64,000 bases of DNA from Podarcis erhardii (taxonomy: Eukaryota). Shown piece by piece: positions 53,665 to 64,000 of this stretch; position 1 is the first letter of the stretch; the number at the start of each line of letters is the position of its first letter. The translations under genes were made by a program, and so were the position numbers. The stretch lies in the NCBI GenBank assembly GCA_964252035.1, contig OZ176208.1; one strand, given 5' to 3'. The notes under the pieces were generated by a model. The model was not told the DNA's origin. It made no database searches and saw only the letters and a program-made list of their open reading frames with translations.

Positions 53665-54108
53665 CAGGGAACCTTTTGGGCCAACGGGCCAGATTGTCAT
53701 CTGTCCCCACCCCTGCAGGCCAGCTTACCTGTCCATTAGCCACCCAGCTATCTCACCCAGCTGTCAAAATCCCTTGCCCTGTACTTCCTAAGCACAAAGC
53801 ACTGGGTGTAAGCTGGCAAAGGTGCTTTCTGCAGGGACTGACTGCGTGATCAGGTTCCCAATGGGGAAACGCAGTCTCACAACCCATTCAGGAGGGTTAA
53901 AGGCAACATTCGTCAGCTGATGGGCGTGCACTTCAACTCTGCTTTCTGCAGGGACTGGCCGTGTGATCCGAGTTCCCCATGAGGAATGCAGTTGTGTAGC
54001 CAATCCATCTGTGTCTCTACTTGCCCCACAACAGATGCCACACACGGGCCAAATTGTGAGCCATAGCGAGTTAAATTTCGGCCCCGGGCCAGAGATTCTC
54101 TACCCCTG
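53665..54108. mobile_element. hAT-like MITE nested in a tRNA-derived SINE (about 53500-54135)
   Basis: Ends CAGGGAACC.. / ..TCTCTACCCCTG; degenerate 8-bp TSD (ATATAAAG / GTATAAAA); host sequence resembles 61748-61931. Confidence 0.6.
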
Positions 54109-54151
54109 GTATAAAAGCAGCTTCCTTTGTTCCTATGATTCAGAAATGATT

Positions 54152-54388
54152 CAGAGGGCCTTCTCGGTAGTGGCGCCCGCCCTGTGGAACGCCCTCCCAT
54201 CAGATGTCAAAGAGATAAAGAATTACCTGACGTTCAGAAGACATCTTAAGGCAGCCCTGTTCAGGGATGTTTTTAATATGTAATGCTGTATTGTTTTTAA
54301 TACTGATTGGGAGCCGCCCAGAGTGGCTGGGGAAACTCAGCCAGATGGGCGGGGTATAAATAATAAATTATTATTATTATTATTATTA
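54152..54388 (+). mobile_element. L2-clade LINE 3' fragment
   Basis: QRAFSVVAPALWNALPSDVKEIKNYLTFRRHLKAALF followed by (ATT)n. Confidence 0.85.
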
Positions 54389-55014
54389 AATGGAAAGCAG
54401 TGCTATTTTTCATTTGCACCGCTACTCTAATAGCACCTCTCCAACTCCTCTGGAGACTGCTAAGGAACCTCTCCAGAGTTTCAAGGATGGCTTATCATGC
54501 AACACACAAGGGCTGTGTCTGGAAACAAGGGACACATTGATCCCCAAATAGAATAGGCAGATCCAACAATGAGCAAATCGTAGCTTTGTTTACATATACT
54601 TAAGTTCAACTGACATCATTGTGGTGTACGCGTGCACACAAACACACTCCTAGATTCTGTCAAAAATCATGGCCCATTGAACTACCTGACAAGCTTTGCA
54701 TGTACATTGAGACTTCTGACTTATTTCATTCTTATAAGAGTCTGATAGGCTGCTTGTTAAGCCACTTTTGGGGATTTGAAAGTAGAAAGAAATGTAAAAA
54801 AAATCTTGGCATGGACGGAAGAGGTTGAAGGGGTTCTCAGGGTAGGAGTCCAAATCTTTAAAGCCAAATTCTGGTACCAACCAATAGGGGCAGGAATTAT
54901 TTAACAAAATACACCATCACATCCAGTCTGAGGATAACTTGTAAAATGATTAAGACTTGTTTCTCTAGTTGATGTAGTGACACAGTCATTAAAAAGCATT
55001 ACAAGTAATTATTA

Positions 55015-55188
<174 letters not shown>

Positions 55189-55763
55189 TTAGCAAGCTTG
55201 TAAAACTCTGCAACCAGTTATCTGATAATACACCCCATCAAACTACTTATCAACAGACTAATAGGCAGGCATAGGATTGCTATCAAAAACAGAACCTACT
55301 AAAAAAATAATTTAGGAACTGAAGCATTTCCACGCAGAAAGAAAAAGGAATGGGAAATCCTTATTTGCTTAATTTCACTGCATTTGTCTATGTTAAAGAA
55401 ATAGAAACAAAGCTAGCTAGAAAAGTAAGAAAGGTGACATCCAGATGGATGGAGGAGCTTCAGAATCTGGAAAACCATGGTCCTGAAAGCTAAGCAGGAA
55501 AAGGTTTGGAAATAAGGCCGTGCTTCATTTAATTTTGTGGATTAAATTTAATATGCTTCATTTAGGTATTCTGTATGTTGTTTTTATGCAGCAAATGGGC
55601 TCAAGAAATCAAACAAAAAATACGCTTCTCTAATGCTTGCTGCTAAGCTATGACTTGGAACCCTAAGAAAATACAATTTACAATATGAATTAACTCAGTC
55701 ACATCAGAGCATGCAGACACACTATGTTTGGAAGATAGATTTAAGTGCAGGAGGAGATAGTAC

Positions 55764-55891
55764 CTTATAGTTAGCATGGGTAGCTTTCAAAACATCATAC
55801 AGCTTGAGATATGAAGGGAGGTGATAGAAGTTACCCAGTGTTGACGATTTGCTTGTTGGAACAGGACCCGAAGCATCAGTTTGCCTGGGAG
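55764..55891 (-). CDS. HTT: HTT exon 28 (128 nt)
   Basis: aacaAG|CT..AAG|GTacta; [43 protein letters not shown]. Confidence 0.96.
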
Positions 55892-56011
55892 CTTGTTAAT
55901 GAAAAATATATATATTTCTATTAGTGTTAAACTCTTAGAACTGACCTCCAGAGATGACGGCGATTCTCTGTGTAATCACTTTGTGGATTAAATATATATG
56001 CACTTCAAATA

Positions 56012-56631
56012 TCTAAAGGGCTGTCCTATGGGAGATGGAGCAACCTGATTTCCTCCTGATCTGGAGAGCAGGACTGCAACAAATGACTTCAATTTACAGT
56101 GGTGCCTCGCAAGACGAAATTAATTCGTTCCGTGAGGCTCTTCGTCTAGCGGTTTTTTCGTCTTGTGAAGCAAGCCCATTGACAGCTTAGCAGATTAGCG
56201 CTATTAGCGGATTAGCGGCTTTTAGCGATCAGCTGATAAGCGGCTTAGGGCTTAGGAAAAGGGGGGGGAAGGGGAAAAACCCCGCAGGAACTCGCAAGAC
56301 ATTTTCGTCTTGCGAAGCAAGCCCATAGGGAAATTCGTTTTGCGAAGCGCCTCCAAAACGGAAAACCCTTCCGTCTAGCGGGTTTTCCGTCTTGCAAGGC
56401 GTTCGTCTTGCGGGGCACCACTGTACAATAAAGGAGATTCTGACTGAACCTTCTGACAGTAAGAGCTGTTTGTGCAACAGACGCCCTCAGAAGGTGGTAG
56501 ACTCTGGTGGCTACTAAGCAGAGGTTGGATGGCCATCAGTCATGGATGCCTTAGTGGAGATTCCGGCATTGCAGGGGGTTGGACTAGATGACATTTGGGG
56601 TCCCTTCCAACTTTACAATTCTATGATTCTA
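56012..56631 (+). mobile_element. Old CR1 3' fragment interrupted by a family A MITE
   Basis: CR1 tail GGTTGGACTAGATGAC..GTCCCTTCCAAC..TTCTATGATTCTA. Confidence 0.75.
56097..56423. mobile_element. Tigger/pogo-like MITE, family A
   Basis: Same TIRs as 14227; TA TSD. Confidence 0.92.
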
Positions 56632-57028
56632 AGTGGGACTTGCATGCTCTTCACAGGACTGTTCTGGGGGGATTTCGTTCTTTAGTTCCCCCCTTAGTTG
56701 CACTTCTGCAAACCACAGGGTTCTTTCAAGTACAGATGGGGCCATTTTGGCTGTATTTGGCCCAGCAGTTGGAGAACTGAAATGATCATTACCCAACCCA
56801 TTTAACCCTTCCTTATCCCACCAAAATCTGAAACTGCTATGGGCATGTAGTATTATTATGAATCTGTGATCAATTTTATTTTGCCTTTTCCCTATGCTCC
56901 TGTTTTTAAAGTATTATTAATTAAATCTGCATACTGCCCTTCATCCAAAGATCCCACGGCAGTTCACAATAGAAAAATTAAAATGAGAAAACAAAACATA
57001 ACTCCCCTCTCACAGTAAGCATATTCTT

Positions 57029-57512
57029 AAAGGTTTTGACCTTTAAAGCCCTATGCAGCCTAGGAACCATGTACCTATGGGACCGCCTCTCCTGGTATGT
57101 CCCGCGGAGGACCTCAAGGTCCACAAATGACAACATTTTGGAGGTCCCAAGTTGCAAGGTGGTTAGACTGGTCTCAACTAGGGCCAGGGCCTTTTCAGTA
57201 CTGGCCCCAACTTGGTGGAACGCTCTGTCACAAGAGACCAGGGTCCTGTGGGACTTGGCATCTTTCTGCAAGGCCTGCAAGACAGAGCTATTCTGCCTGG
57301 CCTTTGGTTTGGACTCAGTCTGACCCTTCTGTTTCCCTCCCCTTACGGTTTTGATTTATGGGCTACTTTTAAAATGAGGCTGCATTTTAAATTGCATTTT
57401 AACCTGTATTTTAAATTGGGGTTTTTTTCCTACTATGCTTTTATTGTAATTTTACTGGTGTTTGCCACCCTGAGCCCGGCTCTGGCCGGGGAGGGCGGGT
57501 TATAAATAAAAT

Positions 57513-57553
<41 letters not shown>
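57029..57553 (+). mobile_element. L2-clade LINE 3' fragment (second family)
   Basis: FKAL..YLWDRL..RAFSVLAPTWWNAL..CKTELF; long (ATT)n tail. Confidence 0.85.
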
Positions 57554-57554
<1 letters not shown>

Positions 57555-58042
57555 TGTGCAAATGTAGACATCAAGCAGCGAGAGATCCAACATGGTGTGA
57601 GCAGGTGCCTGTTGGTGTAAGGGGCTTCTCCTTCCTCTCCTTTGCACTCTGCAGACCCTTCTACACTCACCAAATTTCCGCAGGGGGTGGGGACTCCACA
57701 AGGCTGATCACTTACATCATAGTGGTTTTTTTAAAAAAAGGAACGATGGTTTAATGTGACTTGCAAACCTGGCCTTTATATTTAACCATCTTATGCCTGC
57801 TATGAAAAACCTAATAAATGAGCCAGCTTCATGTGAACCCATTATTCTGACTATAAAACAATTACAAGATTAGAAAGAAACAGCTTTGTCAGAAAACTCA
57901 ACAAAAAGATACAGAGTTTCCAAATATTGTGCTATATATGCAGAAATAGGACAGTGGTGGCGGGGGGGGGGGACTGAATTGGAAAATACAAAAATTGTAA
58001 TTGGCTATTCTATGTGTAGCTTGACAGACTTATCCTACCTAC

Positions 58043-58169
58043 CTGGGCTGTTTTCACTACTCTTTTTAGGGCTCATTGGTACAGATGTCTGTTCAACAAC
58101 ATCTTTCTCTTTTCCCTTGCGCCGAATTGGACTCAGAGAAGGTGGATTTGTTAGAGATGGTAAAGTTGC
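58043..58169 (-). CDS. HTT: HTT exon 27 (127 nt)
   Basis: tatAG|GCA..CAG|GTaggt; [42 protein letters not shown]. Confidence 0.97.
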
Positions 58170-58539
58170 CTATAAAAAAGTATCGGTAAAAAACAACAAC
58201 ACACAACTATGCTTAGTAAAAAATAAAAAATAAAAAAATCAACTATGTTCCCAAAGAGCACCATGCACATTAACAAAATGCTGCAGGAAAAGAAGGAACA
58301 TGCCAATCTGTAATCTTCTTAGCATTAACCATTTTAGCATATAAATGGCATAAACTGCAAATCATTACATTTCAGATAAGTGTTTAAAAAACTTTAGAGC
58401 CTAATTCTATCAAATTCTTTTATAAAGAACAGGTGAAACTCTTTCTGCATCTAACTGAACTATTTATTTTAACTATGAAAAAACCATAAACAATAGTAGT
58501 GTTTAACTGAGACAATAGTAGTGTAATACCTTTAACTGA

Positions 58540-61111
58540 TACGAATCCAAGGCAGACCTTTTAACATCACAGTAATCCAAGTTTATGCACCAACTACTTG
58601 TGCTGAAGAAACTGAAATTGACCAATTCTATGAAGACTTACAAGACCTTATAGAAGTGACACCAAAAAAGGATGTTCTTCTCATTATAGGGGATTGGAAT
58701 GCTAAAGTAGGGAGTCAAGAGATAAAAGGAACAACTGGCAAGTTTGGCCTTGGAGATCAAAACGAAGCAGGGCAAAGGCTAATAGAGTTCTGTCAAGAGA
58801 ACAAGCTGGTCATCACAAACACGCTTTTCCAACAACACAAGAGACGACTCTACACATGGACATCACCAGATGGGCAGCATCGAAATCAGATTGATTATAT
58901 TCTCTGCAGCCAAAGATGGAGAAGCTCTATACAGTCAGCAAAAACAAGACCTGGAGCTGACTGTGGCGCAGATCATCAGCTTCTTATAGCAAAATTCAAG
59001 CTTAAACTGAAGAAAGTAGGAAAACCACTGGGTCGGTAAGATACAATCTAAGTCAAATCCCTTATGAATACACAGTGGAAGTGAGGAACAGGTTTAAGGA
59101 TTTAGATTTGGTGGACAGAATGCCTGAAGAACTATGGATGGAGGCTCGTAACATTATACAGGAGGCAGCAACGAAAACCATCCCAATGAAAAGGAAATGC
59201 AAGAAAGCAAAGTGGCTGTCCAATGAGGCCTTACAAATAGCGGGGGAGAGAAGGCAAGCAAAATGCGAGGGAGATGGTGAAAGATACAGGAAATTGAATG
59301 CAGATTTCCAAAGAATAGCAAGGAGAGACAAGAAGACCTTCTTAAACGAGCAATGCAAAGAAATAGAGGAAAGCAATAGAATGGGAATAACCAGAGATCT
59401 GTTCAAGAAAATTGGAGATATGAAAGGAACATTTCGTACAAAGATTTCCATAATAAAGGACAAAAGTGGAAAGGACCTAACAGAAGCAGAAGACATCAAG
59501 AAGAGGTGGCAAGAATACACAGATGAATTATACCAGAAAGAAATGGATGTCTCGTATACCCCAGGTAGTGTGGTTGCTGACCTTGAGCCAGACATCCTGG
59601 AAAGTGAAGTCAAATGGGCCTTAGAAAGCACTGCAAATAACAAGGCCAGTGGAAGTGATGGTATTCCAGCTGAACTATTTAAAATTTTAAAAGATGATGC
59701 TGTTAAGGTGCTACACTCAATATGCCAGCAAGTTTGGAAAACTCAGCAGTGGCCAGAAGATTGGAGAAGATCAGTCTACATCCCAATCCCAAAGAAGGGC
59801 AGTGCCAAAGAATGCTCCAACTACCGCACAATTGCACTCATTTCACACGCTAGCAAGGTTATGCTTAAAATTCTACAAGGAAGGCTCAAGCAGTATGTGG
59901 ACCGAGAACTCCCAGAAGTGCAAGCTGGATTTAGAAGAGGCAGAGGAACCAGAGACCAAATTGCAAACATGCGCTGGATTATGGAGAAAGCTAGAGAGTT
60001 CCAGAAAGACATCTACTTCTGCTTCATTGACTATGCAAAAGCCTTTGACTGTGTCGACCACGGCAAACTATGGCAAGTTCTTAAAGAAATGGGAGTGCCA
60101 GATCACCTCATCTGTCTCCTGAGAAATCTCTATGTGGGACAAGAAGCTACAGTTAGAACTGGATATGGAACAACTGATTGGTTCAAAATTGGGAAAGGAG
60201 TACGACAAGGCTGTATTTTGTCTCCCTGCTTATTTAACTTATATGCAGAATTCATCATGCAAAAGGCTGGGCTGGATGAATCCCTAGCCGGAATTAAGAT
60301 TGCCGGAAGAAATATCAACAACCTCAGATATGCAGATGACACAACCTTGATGGCAGAAAGTGAGGAGGAATTAAAGAACCTTTTAATGAGGGTGAAAGAG
60401 GAGAGCGCAAAATATGGTCTGAAGCTCAACATCAAAAAAACGAAGATCATGGCCACTGGTCCCATCACCTCCTGGCAAATAGAAGGGGAAGAAATGGAGG
60501 CAGTGAGAGATTTTACTTTCTTGGGCTCAATGATCACTGCAGATGGTGACAGCAGCCACAAAATTAAAAGACGCCTGCTTCTTGGGAGAAGGGCAATGAC
60601 AGGCCTAGACAGCATCTTGAGAAGTAGAGACATCACCTTGCCAACAAAGGTTCGTATAGTTAAAGCTATGGTTTTCCCAGTAGTGATGTATGGAAGTGAG
60701 AGCTGGACCATAAAGAAGGCTGATCGCTGAAGAATTGATGCTTTTGAATTATGGTGCTGGAGGAGACTCTTGAGAGTCCCATGGACTGCAAGAAGATCAA
60801 ACCTCTCCATACTGAAGGAAATCAACCCTGAGTGCTCACTGGAAGGACAGATTGTGAAGCTGAGGCTCCAGTACTTTGGCCACCTCATGAGAAGAGAAGA
60901 CTCCCTGGAGAAGACCCTGATGTTGGGAAAGATGGAGGGCACAAGGAGAAGGGGACGGCAGAGGACGAGATGGTTCGATAGTGTTTTCGAGGTTACCAGC
61001 ATGAGTTTGACCAAACTGCGGGAGGCAGTGGAGGACAGAGGTGCCTGGCGTTCTCTGGTCCATGGGGTCACGAAGAGTCGGACATGACTAAACGACTAAA
61101 CAACAACAACA
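58540..61111 (+). mobile_element. RTE-BovB LINE, 5'-truncated, near-intact EN and RT
   Basis: GDWNAKVG and DHQLL (APE endonuclease), FIDYAKAFD and LRYADD (RT); (CAA)n tail; 12-bp TSD ACCTTTAACTGA (58528-39, 61112-23). Confidence 0.97.
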
Positions 61112-61357
61112 ACCTTTAACTGAGAGCAAGTACAATGCCATAAAAAGCAACATCTGCTTCTCTGATGGGACTTTTCCTTACTCTCTCCCCACTCTCAGCC
61201 CTCCAAATTTGGCTCTGGATGGCCGAGTGACAACACTGGAGTTTATTTAATTGCACTACTTTGTGACATTTCAGTTATTCCTAACGAAATGGGGAAAGCA
61301 TATACTACTATTGCTGCTTAAGTATTTAGCAATATCACTAAAAAACCAAAGCCATAC

Positions 61358-61560
61358 CTTTATTGTTGAACCAGGAACAACATCGTCCATTACATGAGCA
61401 CAAATATTAACGACCTTCAGTAAATGGGAAAAAATTTGCTCTACCAAAACGACAAGAGTTCTGTCTGCTAGAGCTGGCCAAGGCTCCTCCTGTTTAGCAC
61501 CACCAGCATTAACGTCCTCTTCAGTAGTCCAGGGGTTTTTCAAAGATTTTGAAGCACTAG
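61358..61560 (-). CDS. HTT: HTT exon 26 (203 nt)
   Basis: ttcAG|CT..AAG|GTatgg; [16 protein letters not shown]...[13 protein letters not shown]. Confidence 0.97.
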
Positions 61561-61747
61561 CTGAAATCACAACAAGCAGCAAATTCCTTAAGTTAATTAT
61601 ATATTAAAGAAGTCTTGAATATGTATTAGGTAAATGTTCCTTACCAGAGTTCACTATGTATCTATCTATCTACCTATAATCACACATGGTGTGTGTGTGA
61701 AGGTGTAAAACACATGGCTGATAAATGAGTAAGCCTTCCTCTTTTTA

Positions 61748-61931
61748 GGGGAAAGACTAGCTTAGTGGTAGAACACATGCCTTGCATGCAGAAAGCTCTA
61801 CGTTCAATCACCAGATCTCCTGGTACAGCAGGGAGAGATCCTGACAGAAAACCCTGGAGAGCTGCTGCCAGTCAGTGTAGACAATACTGTGTAAAATGGA
61901 CCAATTGTCTGACTCAGTATAAGGCAGCTTC
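61748..61931 (+). mobile_element. tRNA-derived SINE (unnamed family)
   Basis: A-box AGCTTAGTGGTAGAA, B-box-like GTTCAATC; body similar to the host element at 53500. Confidence 0.7.
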
Positions 61932-62292
61932 AAATCACAGATGAGTTAGATCTTATTATGTACCCCGCTTGGCGTTTTAAGCAACAGCACACACAGGCCG
62001 GTGGGCACAAGAGGTGGGGTGGGAGCTAGGAACAAGGTATAAATAGTGCCATCTTCACATTTTAATATAGCTATTTTTCCCTATCAATGATCAATGAAAT
62101 TAGGGCAGTGTCACCCAGGGCACCTTACTCCCCAAAGACCTCCACTGAAGCATATGTTGTAAAACGCAGGATGTTATCTGAATGCTTTATTTATTGAAGA
62201 AAGAAAATTAAAATATATGTGTTTAAAAAAACTTTTAATTGTGCTTGGAAATGGACCAGTAACTAGTATAACTAGTATAGAGAGCCAGTATA

Positions 62293-62523
62293 GAGAGCCA
62301 GTGTGGTGTAGTGGTTAAGAGCGGTAGACTCATAATCTGGGGAACCGGGTTCACGTATCCGCTCCTCCACATGCAGCTGCTGGGTGACCTTGGGCCAGTC
62401 ACACTTGTCTCTGAAGTCTCTCAGCCCCACTCACCTTGTGGGGGAGAAAGGGAAAGGAGAATGTTAGCCGCTTTGAGACTCCTTCAGGTAGTGATAAGCG
62501 GGATATCAAATCCCAACTCTTCT
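62293..62523 (+). mobile_element. Squam3-like (MIR/Ther1-derived) SINE
   Basis: GAGAGCCAGTGTGGTGTAGTGGTTAAGAG..GGGTGACCTTGGG..GCCGCTTTGAGACTCCTTC..ACTCTTCT. Confidence 0.85.
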
Positions 62524-62525
62524 AT

Positions 62526-62882
62526 AAAAAGGGAATCCTGACAGTTAAGTCCAGTCGCAAACGACTCTGGGGTTGTGGAGCTCATCTCGCTTTACTGGCC
62601 GAGGGAGCCGGCATTTGTCCACGGACAGTTTTTCCGGGTCATGTGGCCAGCAGGACTAAGCCGCTTCTGGCAAAACCAGAGCAGTGCACAGAAACGCCAT
62701 TTACCTTCCTGCTGGAGCGGTACCTATTTATCTACTTGCGCTTTGAGGTGCTTTCGAACTGCTATGTTGGCAAGAGCTGGGACCAAGCAATGGGAGCTCA
62801 CCCCGTCGCGGGGATTCAAACCGCTGACCTTCTGATAGGCAAGCCCTAGGCTCAGTGGTTTAGACCACAGCGCCACCCATGT
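62526..62882 (-). mobile_element. Sauria SINE
   Basis: Reverse complement of the Sauria head (..GGGTGGCGCTGTGGTCTAAACC) and body. Confidence 0.9.
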
Positions 62883-63092
62883 AACTAGTATATTCACTGC
62901 AAAAATTGAATGTTTTCTATATCTGGTCTCAGGTTATAATCACACTACTGTATTCTGCCAAACATTAGTTTCTGAACAGTCTTCAAGGCAGTTTCATACA
63001 CGAAACATTGCAACAGCCCAAATAAGATGCCACCAGTCCATGGAAAAGGAAAGAATGAGAAGAGAGAACCTGAATGACAGCAGTAAGCTGTT

Positions 63093-63456
63093 AAAGGTAA
63101 AGGTAAAGGTACCCCTGCCCGTACGGGCCAGTCTTGACAGACTCTGGGGTTGTGTGCCCATCTCACTCAAGAGGCCGGGGGCCAGCGCTGTCCGGAGACA
63201 CTTCCGGGTCACGTGGCCAGCGTGACATCGCTGCTCTGGCGAGCCAGAGCCGCACACGGAAACGCCGTTTACCTTCCCGCCAGTAAGCGGTCCCTATTTA
63301 TCTACTTGCACCCGGGGGTGCTTTCGAACTGCTAGGTTGGCAGGCGCTGGGACCGAGCAGCGGGAGCGCACCCCGCCGCAGGGATTCGAACCGCCGACCT
63401 TTCGATCGGCAAGCCCTAGGCGCTGAGGCTTTTACCCACAGCGCCACCCGCGTCCT
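63093..63456 (-). mobile_element. Sauria SINE, young CpG-rich subfamily
   Basis: Head GGACGCGGGTGGCGCTGTGGGTAAAAGCC; (ACCTTT)n tail; 12-bp TSD CAGTAAGCTGTT (63081-92, 63461-72). Confidence 0.92.
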
Positions 63457-63527
63457 ACTACAGTAAGCTGTTGATTCAGTAAGCTGTTGATTCAGATTAA
63501 ATCATCATTGCTGAACTTTTTTCCTAC

Positions 63528-63682
63528 CTGCAAGCAGATTTCCAGCCAATATTAAAGCATCTTGATGTGCAGAAAGATCTAGTGGGAGCCAAGCGGATGA
63601 AAGCAGGGACAGAACCAAACCAGCCATACCAATAGTGCTACTCTTTTGAGAGTCTTCGGTAGTAGAACCCAGCAGAGTAAAA
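63528..63682 (-). CDS. HTT: HTT exon 25 (155 nt)
   Basis: ttccAG|T..GCAG|GTagga; [51 protein letters not shown]. Confidence 0.93.
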
Positions 63683-63981
63683 CTGGAAGTTGAATTATGA
63701 ACAGTCAGTTTCCACAAAAGGCAATATACACTATAATGCATAATAAAATATAATATACAAAAGTTAGCACAAAAATGCAAATAAAATGTCCCTGCCTCAC
63801 ATCCTGGAATTTTAGCAAAAGTTTCCATAGTGGTCTGTAGTGTTCCCTGGCCTGAACCAATGCAACTACGGGTGCAACACAAGTTAGCTTGTGTAAAATT
63901 ATGAAGTAAACCTTCTAGCAACTTTATTGTTTAGCATTTGGGGAACTGAACTAAAGATTATAAAGGCTAAAGATGGAAATA

Positions 63982-64000
63982 CCGTATTTTTCCCCTCCAA
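63982..64000. mobile_element. Probable left TIR of another Tc2/pogo-type element running off the window
   Basis: TA-CCGTATTTTTCCCCTCCAA resembles the TIR at 19863 and 21284; only 19 nt are visible. Confidence 0.5.

Noticed and set aside
60130-61071. 313-aa minus-strand ORF (and 59062-59643)
   Set aside because: Antisense shadow of the BovB RT frame; no independent evidence.

Overview
Vertebrate (squamate, most likely lacertid lizard) genomic DNA that lies entirely inside the huntingtin gene (HTT) on the minus strand. I traced 42 consecutive coding exons (25-66 by human numbering as I recall it; 6069 nt, 2023 codons). All have GT-AG boundaries and mutually consistent phases. Exons 1-24 lie beyond the right edge and exon 67 beyond the left edge. 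The intron 66 donor is U12-type (GTATCCT). The introns hold many transposons: a near-intact 5'-truncated BovB, three L1-clade 3' fragments, a full-length ORF-bearing but RT-less poly(A) retroposon (HAL1-like), L2 and CR1 tails, Sauria, Squam3-like and tRNA-Lys SINEs, TA-targeting Tc1/mariner-pogo MITEs, hAT MITEs and a solo LTR. The most notable observations are: (1) a Penelope-derived 145-bp-arm palindrome carrying two minimal hammerhead ribozymes, one intact on the HTT sense strand; (2) a 1.4-kb DNA transposon inserted into the TA of the exon 55 splice donor; (3) the HAL1-like element inside the minor-class intron; (4) an L1 3' transduction in a three-level nest. Most ORF-track entries outside exons and LINEs are spurious. 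Family names rest on recognised motifs, not on database searches.
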